The translations under genes and the position numbers were made by a program. Of a stretch of 64,000 nucleotides of DNA, positions 24,303 to 38,384 are shown one piece after another. Where the stretch lies: assembly GCA_950097015.1 (NCBI GenBank), contig CATNEN010000037.1, positions 930,001 to 994,000 of the forward strand. Direction: 5' to 3'. The notes beneath the pieces are model-generated. The model had not been told where the DNA came from and ran no database searches. It was given only the letters and a program-made list of their open reading frames with translations. Position 1 is the first letter of the stretch. The number at the start of each line of letters is the position of its first letter. The DNA is from Macrostomum hystrix. Lineage: Eukaryota; Animalia; Platyhelminthes.

Positions 24303-25608
24303 GGTGTCACAGTTAGATAATGTGTCAGAGTCGGGTAATGTGTCACAGTCAGATAATGTGTCACAGTCAGATAATGTGTCACAGTCAGATAATGTGTCAC
24401 AGTCAGATAATGCGTCAGAGTCGGATAATGTGTCACAGTCAGATAATGTGTCACAGTCAGATAATGTGTCACAGTCGGGTAATGTGTCACAGTCAGATAA
24501 TGCGTCAGAGTCGGATAATGTGTCACAGTCGGATAATGTGTCACAGTCGGATAATGTGTCACAGTTAGATAATGTGTCAGAGTCGGGTAATGTGTCACAG
24601 TCGGATAATGTGTCACAGTCGGATAATGTGTCACAGTCAGATAATGTGTCACAGCTTCGGGTAATGTGTCACAGTCACATAATGTGTCACAGTCAGATAA
24701 TGTGTCACAGTTGGATAATGTGTCACAGTCAGATAATGTGTCACAGTCGGATAATGTGTCACAGTCGGATAATGTGTCACAGTCGGATAATGTGTCACAG
24801 TCAGATAATGCGTCAGAGTCGGATAATGTGTCACAGTCAGATAATGTGTCACAGTCAGATAATGTGTCACAGTCGGGTAATGTGTCACAGTCAGATAATG
24901 CGTCAGAGTCGGATAATGTGTCACAGTCGGATAATGTGTCACAGTCGGATAATGTGTCACAGTTAGATAATGTGTCAGAGTCGGGTAATGTGTCACAGTC
25001 GGATAATGTGTCACAGTCGGATAATGTGTCACAGTCAGATAATGTGTCACAGCTTCGGGTAATGTGTCACAGTCAGATAATGTGTCACAGTCAGATAATG
25101 CGTCAGAGTCGGATAATGTGTCACAGTCAGATAATGTGTCACAGTCAGATAATGTGTCACAGTCGGGTAATGTGTCACAGTCAGATAATGCGTCAGAGTC
25201 GGATAATGTGTCACAGTCGGATAATGTGTCACAGTCGGATAATGTGTCACAGTTAGATAATGTGTCAGAGTCGGGTAATGTGTCACAGTCGGATAATGTG
25301 TCACAGTCGGATAATGTGTCACAGTCAGATAATGTGTCACAGTCAGATAATGTGTCACAGTCGGATAATGTGTCACAGTCGGATAATGTGTCACAGTCGG
25401 ATAATGTTTTACAGCCGGATAATGTGTCACAGTCAGATAATGTGTCACAGTCGGATAATGTGTCACAGTCGGATAATGTGTCACAGCCGGATAATGTGTC
25501 ACAGTCGGATAATGTGTCACAGTCGGATAATGTGTCACAGCCGGATAATGTGTTTCAGTCGGATAATGTGTCACAGTCGGATAATGTGTCACAGTCGGAT
25601 AATGTGTC
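24303..25608. repeat. 18-bp minisatellite (GATAATGTGTCACAGTCG/A), about 70 copies with higher-order blocks
   Basis: Seen directly; explains the 6-aa periodic ORFs in the track. Confidence 0.96.
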
Positions 25609-26109
25609 CGAGAGGCACGCACCCAGCTAGCAGTCAGAAAAACTGTCCCACGACCCCGAGTCACTTACCAGCTTTGTAGAGTTGATGTGAGAACAGCTCT
25701 ACTTATGTAGATATGTTCACTCTAAACCAGAGAATTGCCCAGTCGATTGGGGCTGCCAATTCACCTTGAGCAGGTGATTAATATACTGCTCTGCTGTTGG
25801 GATTAGGGTGTGTGTGTGTGTGTTTGTGGTACACTCGGGGTTACCCACCCTTCAGGTCTGAATATAATTGTGCGCAAATAAAGGGACTCGACCAAAAAAG
25901 TATTTTCACGTGCCGGTCCTAGCATTGCAGCTAGAACAGCCACCCCACCCTCCTACAGTCAGCCGAACTCTCTGATTGGGTGAAGCTGACTGGCTGACTG
26001 GCTGGATTGACGGCCTGTCTGTACCCTTTCGCCATTTTATGCTATCCAGTCTTTTAGCTAGCTGGTGTATTAGAGGCTTATAATCTTTTACGATCAGTTT
26101 TGCTTACAT

Positions 26110-26388
26110 CTCCAGATTCCCATCTCTCCCGATCTTTCCCCATCTCTCCTCATCTCTCCCTATCTATACCGATCTCTCCCCATCTCTCCCCATCTCTCTC
26201 CATCTCTCTCCATCTCTCCCCCATCTCTCCCCATCTCTCTCCATCTCTCCCCATCTTTCCCCATCTCTCTCCATCTCTCCCCATCTCTCCCCATCTCTCC
26301 CCATCTCTCCCCATCTCTTCCCATCTCTCCCCATCTCTCCTCATCTCTCTCCATCTCTTCCCATCTCTCTCCATCTCTTCCCATCTCT
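26110..26388. repeat. About 10-bp pyrimidine-rich repeat (CCATCTCTCC)n
   Basis: Seen directly. Confidence 0.9.
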
Positions 26389-26899
26389 GGCAACCTTTTT
26401 ACTCATTCCTATCCCTCGTTTCCCACTACAGCCTATTAATCTTGAGCCTAATCTGGCAGTAATATTTTCTTCTAATAAATCATTTCCTTGATCAAGCAAT
26501 TCCGATCTGGCCTTGTCGCTGTGGCAAGAAAGGCAGCCCAGTCTGTGGGATTAGGGATCTGCCACTCCCTTTAATTTACCATCCACTTGACAGTAGAAAA
26601 CGATTTGTTAGACTACATTTGCCACCCTTTTGTTTATTATCTTCTGCAAGTGGCTATCTTCTGAAGGTATTCAATCACTGAGAAATCACTGCTAAATGTA
26701 TCAATTGGCTACATATTGTAGGGCTACATTGTTTCTTTGCTTTGTTTTATATTTTAGATCAAATGACTAAATCGATAAATTCAAGATTCAATTGGAACAG
26801 GTCTCAGAATAATGCAACATTTCCATGATTAGATTCAGGGTCCATTAAACACACGTCTGCTAATCCTGTACACGTCTGTCTCGCGCTACGCATACTGTA

Positions 26900-29800
26900 C
26901 CTTCTCTCTTCCCCTTCCATCCCCCTTCCTCTCCCATCTCCCTTCCTCTCTCCCCTTCCTCTCCCATCTCCCTTCCTCTCCCATCTCCCTTCCTCTCTCC
27001 CCTTCCTCTCCCATCTCCCTTCCTCTCTCCCCTTCCTCTCCCATCTCCCTTCCTCTCCCTTCTCCCTTCCTCTCCCTTCTCCCTTCCTCTCCCATCTCCC
27101 TTTCTCTCCCATCTTCCTTCCTCTCACATCTCCCTTCCTCTCCCATCTCCCTTCCTCTCCCTTCTCCATTCCTCTCACATCTGCCTTCCTCTCCCATCTC
27201 CCTTCCTCTCCCATCTTCCTTCTTCTCCCATCTTCCTTCCTCTCCCATCTCCCTTCCTCTCCCATCTCCCTTCCTCTCACATCTTCCTTCCTCTCCCATC
27301 TCCCTTCCTCTCCCATCTCCCTTCCTCTCCCATCTCCCTTCCTCTCCCATCTTCCTTCCTCTCCTATCTCTCTTACTCTTCCATCTCTCTTACTCTCCCA
27401 TCTCCATTTCTCTCCCATCTCCCTTCCTCTCCCATCTCCCTTCCTCTCCCTTCTCCATTCCTCTCCCTTCTCCCTTCCTCTCACATCTCCCTTCCTCTCC
27501 CATCTTCCTTCCTCTCCCTTCTCCATTCCTCTCCCTTCTCCCTTCCTCTCACATCTCCCTTCCTCTCCCATCTTCCTTCCTCTCCCATCTCCATTTCTCT
27601 CCCATCTCCCTTCCTCTCCCATCTCCCTTCCTCTCCCTTCTCCATTCCTCTCCCTTCTCCCTTCCTCTCACATCTCCCTTCCTCTCCCATCTCCCTTCCT
27701 CTCCCATCTTCCTTCCTCTCCCATCTTCCTTCCTCTCCCATCTCCCTTCCTCTCCCATCTCCCTTCCTCTCCCATCTCCCTTCCTTTCCCATCTTCCTTC
27801 CTCTCCCATCTCCCTTCCTCTCCAATCTCCCTTCCTCTCCCATCTCCCTTCCTTTCCCATCTCCCTTCCTCTCCCTTCTCCATTCCTCTCCCTTCTCCCT
27901 TCCTCTCACATCTCCCTTCCTCTCCCATCTCCCTTCCTCTCCCATCTCCCTTCCTCTCCCATCTCCCTTCCTCTCCCTTCTCCCTTCCTCTCCCATCTCC
28001 CTTTCTCTCCCATCTTCCTTCCTCTCCCATCTTCCTTCCTCTCCCATCTCCCTTCCTCTCCCTTCTCCCTTCCTCTCCCATCTCCCTTCCTCTCCCATCT
28101 CCCTTCCTCTCCCTTCTCCCTTCCTCTCCCTTCTCCCTTCCTCTCCCTTCTCCATTCCTCTCCCTTCTCCCTTCCTCTCACATCTCCCTTCCTCTCCCAT
28201 CTTCCTTCCTCTCCCTTCTCCATTCCTCTCCCTTCTCCCTTCCTCTCACATCTCCCTTCCTCTCCCATCTTCCTTCCTCTCCCTTCTCCCTTCCTCTCCC
28301 TTCTCCATTCCTCTCCCTTCTCCCTTCCTCTCACATCTCCCTTCCTCTCCCATCTTCCTTCCTCTCCCTTCTCCATTCCTCTCCCTTCTCCCTTCCTCTC
28401 ACATCTCCCTTCCTCTCCCATCTTCCTTCCTCTCCCATCTCCCTTCCTCTCCCATCTCCATTTCTCTCCCATCTCCCTTCCTCTCCCATCTTCCTTCCTC
28501 TCCTATCTCTCTTACTCTTCCATCTCTCTTACTCTCCCATCTCCCTTCCTTTCCCATCTTCCTTCCTCTCCCATCTCCCTTCCTCTCCTATCTCCCTTCC
28601 TCTCCCATCTCCCTTCCTTTCCCATCTCCCTTCCTCTCCCTTCTCCATTCCTCTCCCTTCTCCCTTCCTCTCACATCTCCCTTCCTCTCCCATCTCCCTT
28701 CCTCTCCCATCTCCCTTCCTCTCCCTTCTCCCTTCCTCTCCCATCTCCCTTTCTCTCCCATCTTCCTTCCTCTCCCATCTTCCTTCCTCTCCCATCTCCC
28801 TTCCTCTCCCTTCTCCCTTCCTCTCACATCTTCCTTCCTCTCCCATCTCCCTTCCTCTCCCTTCTCCATTCCTCTCACATCTGCCTTCCTCTCCCATCTC
28901 CCTTCCTCTCCAATCTCCCTTCCTCTCACATCTTCCTTCCTCTCCCATCTCCCTTCCTCTCACATCTTCCTTCCTCTCCCATCTCCCTTCCTCTCCCATC
29001 TCCCTTCCTCTCCCATCTCCCTTCCTCTCCCATCTCCCTTCCTCTCACATCTTCCTTCCTCTCCCATCTCCCTTCCTCTCCCATCTCCCTTCCTCTCACA
29101 TCTTCCTTACTCTCCCATCTCCCTTCCTCTCCCATCTCCCTTCCTCTCACATCTACCTTCCTCTCCCATCTCCCTTCCTCTCCCATCTTCCTTCCTCTCC
29201 CATCTTCCTTCCTCTCCCATCTCCCTTCCTCTCCCATCTCCCTTCCTCTCCCATCTCCCTTCCTCTCCCATCTTCCTTCCTCTCCTATCTCTCTTACTCT
29301 TCCATCTCTCTTACTCTCCCATCTCCATTTCTCTCCCATCTCCCTTCCTCTCCCATCTCCCTTCCTCTCCCATCTCCCTTCCTCTCCCATCTTCCTTCCT
29401 CTCCTATCTCTCTTACTCTTCCATCTCTCTTACTCTCCCATCTCCATTTCTCTCCCATCTCCCTTCCTCTCCCATCTTCCTTCCTCTCCTATCTCTCTTA
29501 CTCTTCCATCTCTCTTACTCTCCCATCTCCATTTCTCTCCCATCTCCCTTCCTCTCCCATCTCCCTTCCTCTCCCTTCTCCATTCCTCTCCCTTCTCCCT
29601 TCCTCTCACATCTCCCTTCCTCTCCCATCTTCCTTCCTCTCCCTTCTCCATTCCTCTCCCTTCTCCCTTCCTCTTACATCTCCCTTCCTCTCCCATCTCC
29701 CTTCCTCTCCCATCTTCCTTCCTGTCCCATCTTCCTTCCTCTCCCATCTCCATTTCTCTCCCATCTCCCTTCCTCTCCCTTCTCCCTTCCTCTCCCATCT

Positions 29801-32800
29801 TCCTTCCTCTCCTATCTCTCTTACTCTTCCATCTCTCTTACTCTCCCATCTCCATTTCTCTCCCATCTCCCTTCCTCTCCCATCTCCCTTCCTCTCCCAT
29901 CTCCCTTCCTCTCCCATCTTCCTTCCTCTCCTATCTCTCTTACTCTTCCATCTCTCTTACTCTCCCATCTCCATTTCTCTCCCATCTCCCTTCCTCTCCC
30001 ATCTTCCTTCCTCTCCTATCTCTCTTACTCTTCCATCTCTCTTACTCTCCCATCTCCATTTCTCTCCCATCTCCCTTCCTCTCCCATCTCCCTTCCTCTC
30101 CCTTCTCCATTCCTCTCCCTTCTCCCTTCCTCTCACATCTCCCTTCCTCTCCCATCTTCCTTCCTCTCCCTTCTCCATTCCTCTCCCTTCTCCCTTCCTC
30201 TTACATCTCCCTTCCTCTCCCATCTCCCTTCCTCTCCCATCTTCCTTCCTGTCCCATCTTCCTTCCTCTCCCATCTCCATTTCTCTCCCATCTCCCTTCC
30301 TCTCCCTTCTCCCTTCCTCTCCCTTCTCCATTCCTCTCCCTTCTCCCTTCCTCTCACATCTCCCTTTCTCTCCCATCTTCCTTCCTCTCCCATCTTCCTT
30401 CCTCTCCCATCTCCCTTCCTCTCCCTTCTCCCTTCCTCTCACATCTTCCTTCCTCTCCCATCTCCCTTCCTCTCCCTTCTCCATTCCTCTCACATCTGCC
30501 TTCCTCTCCCATCTCCCTTCCTCTCCAATCTCCCTTCCTCTCACATCTTCCTTCCTCTCCCATCTCCCTTCCTCTCACATCTTCCTTCCGCTCCCATCTC
30601 CCTTCCTCTCCCATCTCCCTTCCTCTCCCATCTCCCTTCCTCTCCCATCTCCCTTCCTCTCACATCTTCCTTCCTCTCCCATCTCCCTTCCTCTCCCATC
30701 TCCCTTCCTCTCACATCTTCCTTCCTCTCCCATCTCCCTTCCTCTCCCATCTCCCTTCCTCTCACATCTACCTTCCTCTCCCATCTCCCTTCCTCTCCCA
30801 TCTTCCTTCCTCTCCCATCTTCCTTCCTCTCCCATCTCCCTTCCTCTCCCATCTCCCTTCCTCTCCCATCTCCCTTCCTCTCCCATCTTCCTTCCTCTCC
30901 TATCTCTCTTACTCTTCCATCTCTCTTACTCTCCCATCTCCATTTCTCTCCCATCTCCCTTCCTCTCCCATCTCCCTTCCTCTCCCATCTCCCTTCCTCT
31001 CCCATCTTCCTTCCTCTCCTATCTCTCTTACTCTTCCATCTCTCTTACTCTCCCATCTCCATTTCTCTCCCATCTCCCTTCCTCTCCCATCTCCCTTCCT
31101 CTCCCTTCTCCATTCCTCTCCCTTCTCCCTTCCTCTCCCATCTCCCTTCCTCTCCCATCTCCCTTCCTCTCACATCTTCCTTCCTCTCCCATCTCCCTTC
31201 CTCTCCCATCTCCCTTCCTCTCACATCTTCCTTCCTCTCCCATCTCCCTTCCTCTCCCATCTCCCTTCCTCTCACATCTACCTTCCTCTCCCATCTCCCT
31301 TCCTCTCCCATCTTCCTTCCTCTCCTATCTCTCTTACTCTTCCATCTCTCTTACTCTCCCATCTCCATTTCTCTCCCATCTCCCTTCCTCTCCCATCTCC
31401 CTTCCTCTCCCATCTCCCTTCCTCTCCCATCTTCCTTCCTCTCCTATCTCTCTTACTCTTCCATCTCTCTTACTCTCCCATCTCCATTTCTCTCCCATCT
31501 CCCTTCCTCTCCCATCTTCCTTCCTCTCCTATCTCTCTTACTCTTCCATCTCTCTTACTCTCCCATCTCCATTTCTCTCCCATCTCCCTTCCTCTCCCAT
31601 CTCCCTTCCTCTCCCTTCTCCATTCCTCTCCCTTCTCCCTTCCTCTCACATCTCCCTTCCTCTCCCATCTTCCTTCCTCTCCCTTCTCCATTCCTCTCCC
31701 TTCTCCCTTCCTCTTACATCTCCCTTCCTCTCCCATCTCCCTTCCTCTCCCATCTTCCTTCCTGTCCCATCTTCCTTCCTCTCCCATCTCCATTTCTCTC
31801 CCATCTCCCTTCCTCTCCCTTCTCCCTTCCTCTCCCTTCTCCATTCCTCTCCCTTCTCCCTTCCTCTCACATCTCCCTTTCTCTCCCATCTTCCTTCCTC
31901 TCCCATCTTCCTTCCTCTCCCATCTCCCTTCCTCTCCCTTCTCCCTTCCTCTCACATCTTCCTTCCTCTCCCATCTCCCTTCCTCTCCCTTCTCCATTCC
32001 TCTCACATCTGCCTTCCTCTCCCATCTCCCTTCCTCTCCAATCTCCCTTCCTCTCACATCTTCCTTCCTCTCCCATCTCCCTTCCTCTCACATCTTCCTT
32101 CCGCTCCCATCTCCCTTCCTCTCCCATCTCCCTTCCTCTCCCATCTCCCTTCCTCTCCCATCTCCCTTCCTCTCACATCTTCCTTCCTCTCCCATCTCCC
32201 TTCCTCTCCCATCTCCCTTCCTCTCACATCTTCCTTCCTCTCCCATCTCCCTTCCTCTCCCATCTCCCTTCCTCTCACATCTACCTTCCTCTCCCATCTC
32301 CCTTCCTCTCCCATCTTCCTTCCTCTCCCATCTTCCTTCCTCTCCCATCTCCCTTCCTCTCCCATCTCCCTTCCTCTCCCATCTCCCTTCCTCTCCCATC
32401 TTCCTTCCTCTCCTATCTCTCTTACTCTTCCATCTCTCTTACTCTCCCATCTCCATTTCTCTCCCATCTCCCTTCCTCTCCCATCTCCCTTCCTCTCCCA
32501 TCTCCCTTCCTCTCCCATCTTCCTTCCTCTCCTATCTCTCTTACTCTTCCATCTCTCTTACTCTCCCATCTCCATTTCTCTCCCATCTCCCTTCCTCTCC
32601 CATCTTCCTTCCTCTCCTATCTCTCTTACTCTTCCATCTCTCTTACTCTCCCATCTCCATTTCTCTCCCATCTCCCTTCCTCTCCCATCTCCCTTCCTCT
32701 CCCTTCTCCATTCCTCTCCCTTCTCCCTTCCTCTCACATCTCCCTTCCTCTCCCATCTTCCTTCCTCTCCCTTCTCCATTCCTCTCCCTTCTCCCTTCCT

Positions 32801-34003
32801 CTTACATCTCCCTTCCTCTCCCATCTCCCTTCCTCTCCCATCTTCCTTCCTGTCCCATCTTCCTTCCTCTCCCATCTCCATTTCTCTCCCATCTCCCTTC
32901 CTCTCCCTTCTCCCTTCCTCTCCCTTCTCCATTCCTCTCCCTTCTCCCTTCCTCTCACATCTCCCTTCCTCTCCCATCTCCCTTCCTCTCCCATCTTCCT
33001 TCCTCTCCCATCTTCCTTCCTCTCCCATCTCCCTTCCTCTCCCATCTTCCTTCCTCTCCCATCTTCCTTCCTCTCCCATCTTCCTTCCTCTCCCATCTCC
33101 ATTTCTCTCCCATCTCCCTTCCTCTCCCTTCTCCTTTCCTCTCCCTTCTCCATTCCTCTCCCTTCTCCCTTCCTCTCACATCTCCCTTCCTCTCCCATCT
33201 CCCTTCCTCTCCCATCTTCCTTCCTCTCCCATCTTCCTTCCTCTCCCATCTCCCTTCCTCTCCCATCTTCCTTCCTCTCCCATCTTCCTTCCTCTCCCAT
33301 CTTCCTTCCTCTCCCATCTTCCTTCCTCTCCCATCTTCCTTCCTCTCCCATCTTCCTTCCTCTCCCATCTTCCTTCCTCTCCCATCTTCCTTCCTCTCCC
33401 ATCTTCCTTCCTCTCCCATCTTCCTTCCTCTCCCATCTTCCTTTCTCTCCCATCTTCCTTCCTCTCCCATCTCCCTTCCTCTCCCATCTTCCTTCCTCTC
33501 CCATCTTCCTTCCTCTCCCATCTCCATTTCTCTCCCATCTCCCTTCCTCTCCCTTCTCCCTTCCTCTCCCTTCTCCATTCCTCTCCCTTCTCCCTTCCTC
33601 TCACATCTCCCTTCCTCTCCCATCTCCCTTCCTCTCCCATCTTCCTTCCTCTCCCATCTTCCTTCCTCTCCCATCTCCCTTCCTCTCCCATCTTCCTTCC
33701 TCTCCCATCTTCCTTCCTCTCCCATCTTCTTTCCTCTCCCATCTCCCTTCCTCTCCCATCTCCCTTCCTCTCCCATCTTCCTTCCTCTCCCATCTTCCTT
33801 CCTCTCCCATCTTCCTTCCTCTCCCATCTCCCTTCCTTTCCCATCTCCCTTCCTCTCCCTTCTCCATTCCTCTCCCTTCTCCCTTCCTCTCACATCTCCC
33901 TTCCTCTCCCATCTCCCTTCCTCTCCCATCTCCCTTCCTCTCCCATCTCCCTTCCTCTCCCTTCTCCATTCCTCTCCCTTCTCCCTTCCTCTCACATCTC
34001 CCT
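26900..34003. repeat. 7.1-kb polypyrimidine/polypurine satellite, 17-bp unit CCATCTCCCTTCCTCTC, with a 1513-bp higher-order duplication
   Basis: Seen directly. Identical translated blocks recur at an offset of 1513 nt (29957/31470, 30133/31646, 30541/32054). Confidence 0.97.
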
Positions 34004-34963
34004 AACTCTCCTGTCTCCTATCTTCTCCTTGTCACCCTCATATCCTTTTTTCATTCACTCTCATCTTTCTTTCACGGCGCTAACTATAAAGTTCGCCCCA
34101 TCATTCAGCCCGCGATGTCAATAATAAAGACACGGGAAGGCGCTCATACCTTTCTAGTTATAGCTCTAGACTGTGGCAAAATTGCATAATCGAAATTAAA
34201 TTAACTTGTGGTTGTGGATTTAATTACACCAAAAAGCGATCCATTCTTAGATGAGAGTCAGCCTCGGAGTTAGATTGCATCTGCAACCAATGTCCTGTCA
34301 GCTTTGCACCGCACCTGTCAATCCTGTCAAATTTTGCTAATTTTAGATTGACAAATTGGATAGTCGAGAAAATTGCACACTTTATTATATCTAATCAATT
34401 ATTCAGAACGCAATGTACTATCATATGTTTCGTTTGACCAACTGCTTACGCAGAAAGATTGACCTGCACTTTAGCCACCTGGATAAAAGAGTGCGAAAAT
34501 ACAGTTAGAAATATTATGAGAAAGTAAATAGCATAAAGGAAGCACTCACTATGAACTAGCACATGACTTGTCTAAAACGGAGTCTGTCAGAAATTTAGAA
34601 AGAGACAAAATTCAGTTATGATCCGCAACATGCATAGCTGTCAAATATCTTTAGAAAACACAAAGAGTCCCAAAGAGCATCGCCAAAGAATTGGCAGATC
34701 GAACACTTGATTGTCTTTTTAAATATGCAGCAAGTCGGATGGCCACTCGGTCACGAAGATAAGGGGCCTGGGGGTGTGGTTGTCAAGCCCAGACGTGCGC
34801 AAGTGGCGCTCCGGTGTGAGCTTATCAACTCTGTTGCCATGCTCAGGACGGGACCTTGGGGGCATAATTAAGCAGGGAGACAGGCTGCACATTGAGATAT
34901 CTCAATCGAGAGGAGATTGAGACCTCACTGTGCTCACGACAGTTCCCCTGGAGTCCAATGTAC

Positions 34964-35791
34964 ACTGTTTCTGACAGACTCAGTGTCTGGTACTGTTTCT
35001 GACAGACTCAGTGTCTGGTACTGTTTCTGACAGACTCAGTGTCTGATACTGTTTCTGACAGACTCAGTGTCTGGTACTGTTTCTGACAGACTCAGTGTCT
35101 GGTACTGTTTCTGACAGACTCAGTGTCTGATACTGTTTCTGACAGACTCAGTGTCTGGTACTGTCTCTGACAGACTCAGTGTCTGGTACTGTTTCTGACA
35201 GACTCAGTGTCTGGTACAGTTTCTGACAGACTCAGTGTCTGGTACTGTTTCTGACAGACTCAGTGTCTGGTACTGTTTCTGACAGACTCAGTGTCTGGTA
35301 CTGTTTCTGACAGACTCAGTGTCTGGTACTGTTTCTGACAGACTCAGTGTCTGGTACTGTTTCTGACAGACTCAGTGTCTGGTACTGTTTCTGACAGACT
35401 CAGTGTCTGATACTGTTTCTGACAGACTCAGTGTCTGGTACTGTCTCTGACAGACTCAGTGTCTGGTACTGTTTCTGACAGACTCAGTGTCTGATACTGT
35501 TTCTGACAGATTCAGTGTCTGGTACTGTTTCTGACAGACTCAGTGTCTGGTACTGTTTCTGACAGACTCAGTGTCTGATACTGTTTCTGACAGACTCAGT
35601 GTCTGGTACTGTCTCTGACAGACTCAGTGTCTGGTACTGTTTCTGACAGACTCAGTGTCTGATACTGTTTCTGACAGATTCAGTGTCTGGTACTGTTTCT
35701 GACAGACTCAGTGTCTGGTACTGTTTCTGACAGACTCAGTGTCTGATACTGTTTCTGACAGACTCAGTGTCTGGTACTGTCTCTGACAGAC
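34964..35791. repeat. 28-bp minisatellite (CTGTTTCTGACAGACTCAGTGTCTGGTA), about 29 copies
   Basis: Seen directly; each unit has an internal CAGAC-N5-GTCTG inverted repeat. Confidence 0.96.
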
Positions 35792-36892
35792 AGAAAAAGG
35801 AAGATTTATCTACATTGGGAGGAAATCACACCTGCTTTCCTCGGAGTAGGTAAAGGATGCAGAGGAGGCCGGGGAGCTAAATGAAAACTTTTTTGTACAA
35901 ATTTTAAATATAATACTTTGTGTTAATACTTCTCGCAAAAAATATAAACCTACTTTTCTACCTATTGGCACTACTTTTGATAGGGAGAGTAGAACATTTG
36001 CATCTTTATCTGCATTATTTTCAAACCGAATCCTGGTAACTTGCTTTTTAGTTACAGTTCGTAGCTCAAATGTTTAATAAAATAGTTTTTATTTAAACAA
36101 AAACGAAAACACGAGTAAATGCATATCATTAACACAGTGAAGTGAAGTGCTTCAGCACCTGATGCGTCAAGTGGACCAATAAGGAAGGCATGACACACTG
36201 ACTCTCTCGGCCCATACGTTGTAACCTATGTGCTCTACAACATGCGGCCAAACACTGTGAGCTGACCTGACTCATATTCACTCTCTCTCTCTCTCCTGTT
36301 CCTCATTTCTCTATGCTCCTCCCCTTTCAGTATGAATTCCTTGATCCCAGATCCCCAGAACCGGATATTGCGCAACCTGCTAGTGAAATAAGAAAAAGCA
36401 GCAGCAGCAGCAGCAGCAGCGGACAGGTCGACCGGACGCTCCGCTAGGGCGAGGGCAACAGGCGGGACAGCTCCCTGACGATGGATGCTTCGATGAAAAT
36501 AAATTTCAAAAGAGATTACAGATTAGATTATTGATTCGCCTATTCCCATATATTCGTATTAATAATGCAATAGAATGCTGCAATTTTTACGACAAAACAA
36601 TGGCCGACTGTAGATTTGATTGAGCAGCGAATCAAACGGATGAGTCACGCCAGAGCTTTGAAGGATAAACTCAGCAGCCTCTGCGCTCTCGCCATGGGTT
36701 GGAGAGTTTTCTAGTCATAAATTTGCTGAGTGGGTTAATGCTTTGTCGTCATTCCTCCCCGCCCATTGTTTCCAACCATTTTTGGGCTCCATTTTTGTAA
36801 GACTAATGAACTGAGGAACAATAGACAGGCTTGCTGCTGCACTGGGTTGCTGAAAATGGGATTTAGCATGCACGCTTCATCAATAGATAGGT

Positions 36893-37820
36893 CCCTGACT
36901 CTCCACTCTACCTCTCAGACCCTCAGTCTACGTCTCAGACCCTCAATCTACCTCTCAGACCCTCACTCTACCTCTCAGACCCTCACTCTACCTCTCAGAC
37001 TCTCCACTCTACCTCTCAGACCCTCACTCTACCTCTCAGACCCTCAATCTACCTCTCAGACCCTCACTCTATCTCTCAGACCCTCACTCTACCTCTCAGA
37101 CCCTCAATCTACCTCTCAGACCCTCACTCTACCTCCCAGACCCTCACTCTACCTCTCAGACCCTCACTCTACCTCTCAGACTCCCACTCTGCCTCTCAGA
37201 CCCTCACTCTACCTCTCAGACTCCCACTCTACCTCTCAGACTCCCACTCTACCTCTCAGACTCCCACTCTACCTCTCAGACCCTCACTCTACCTCTCAGA
37301 CCCTCACTCTACCTCTCAGACCCTCACTCTACCTCTCAGACCCTCACTCTACCTCTCAGACCCTCAATCTACGTCTCAGACCCTCACTCTACCTCTCAGA
37401 CCCTCACTCTACCTCTCAGACCCTCACTCTACGTCTCAGACCCTCACTCTACCTCTCAGACCCTCAATCTACCTCTCAGACCCTCACTCTACCTCTCAGA
37501 CTCCCACTCTACCTCTCAGACCCTCACTCTACCTCTCAGACCCTCACTCTACCTCTCAGACTCCCACTCTACCTCTCAGACCCTCACTCTACCTCTCAGA
37601 CCCTCACTCTACCTCTCAGACCCTCACTCTACCTCTCAGACCCTCACTCTACCTCTCACACCCTTCCTCTACCTCTCAGACCCTCACTCTACCTCTCACA
37701 CCCTTCCTCTACCTCTCAGACCCTCACTCTACCTCTCAGACCCTCACTCTACCTCTCAGACCCTCACTCTACCTCTCACACCCTTCCTCTACCTCTCAGA
37801 CCCTCTCTCTACTTCTCTCA
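36893..37820. repeat. 20-bp minisatellite (CTCAGACCCTCACTCTACCT), about 46 copies
   Basis: Seen directly; accounts for the 352-aa ORF at 36766. Confidence 0.96.
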
Positions 37821-38384
37821 TTAATACATATATTCGTCCGAATGGATCCACATTACTTTTGGAGATTTCGTTTCTTAGTTTCACAAAAGTAGAAACGCGA
37901 TGTTTGTTCAGCTCCATATGCTTCCCTCTCTGTCTGACTGCTTGCGTTTTCTATTAGAAGAAGGATACAGAAGCTTGTTTGCCAATCTGAGGTGCAGTTT
38001 CTGGCATGTGTTACCAATGAGGCTCCATTAGAGTTGGAGGGTTAGAGGTGCGAGGGAGCAACTGCCTTTGCTGAATATTTTCAGTAGTCTTCTGCTTGGA
38101 ACACAGACTGTGTGTGTATGTGTGCAACCTGACAGTCTGAAACAGCAGGCGATTGGTTATAGTTCTGTGCTGCACTTTTTAGGCCAAATTGCAAAGCCGC
38201 ATATTTGTTAATGTACAGTTTTATGTATGGATAGGGTTTATTTACTCGGCAAGCAGCTCCGACTGCGCCAGAAACTAAATATGATTTTTTAAAGCAAATT
38301 AAAATCTGCGGCCTAGCCAATTAATCGAGGTAAGATGTCTAATTGTTTGTTTCACAATTTCCGATAAGCTGACTTGCAGATAGG

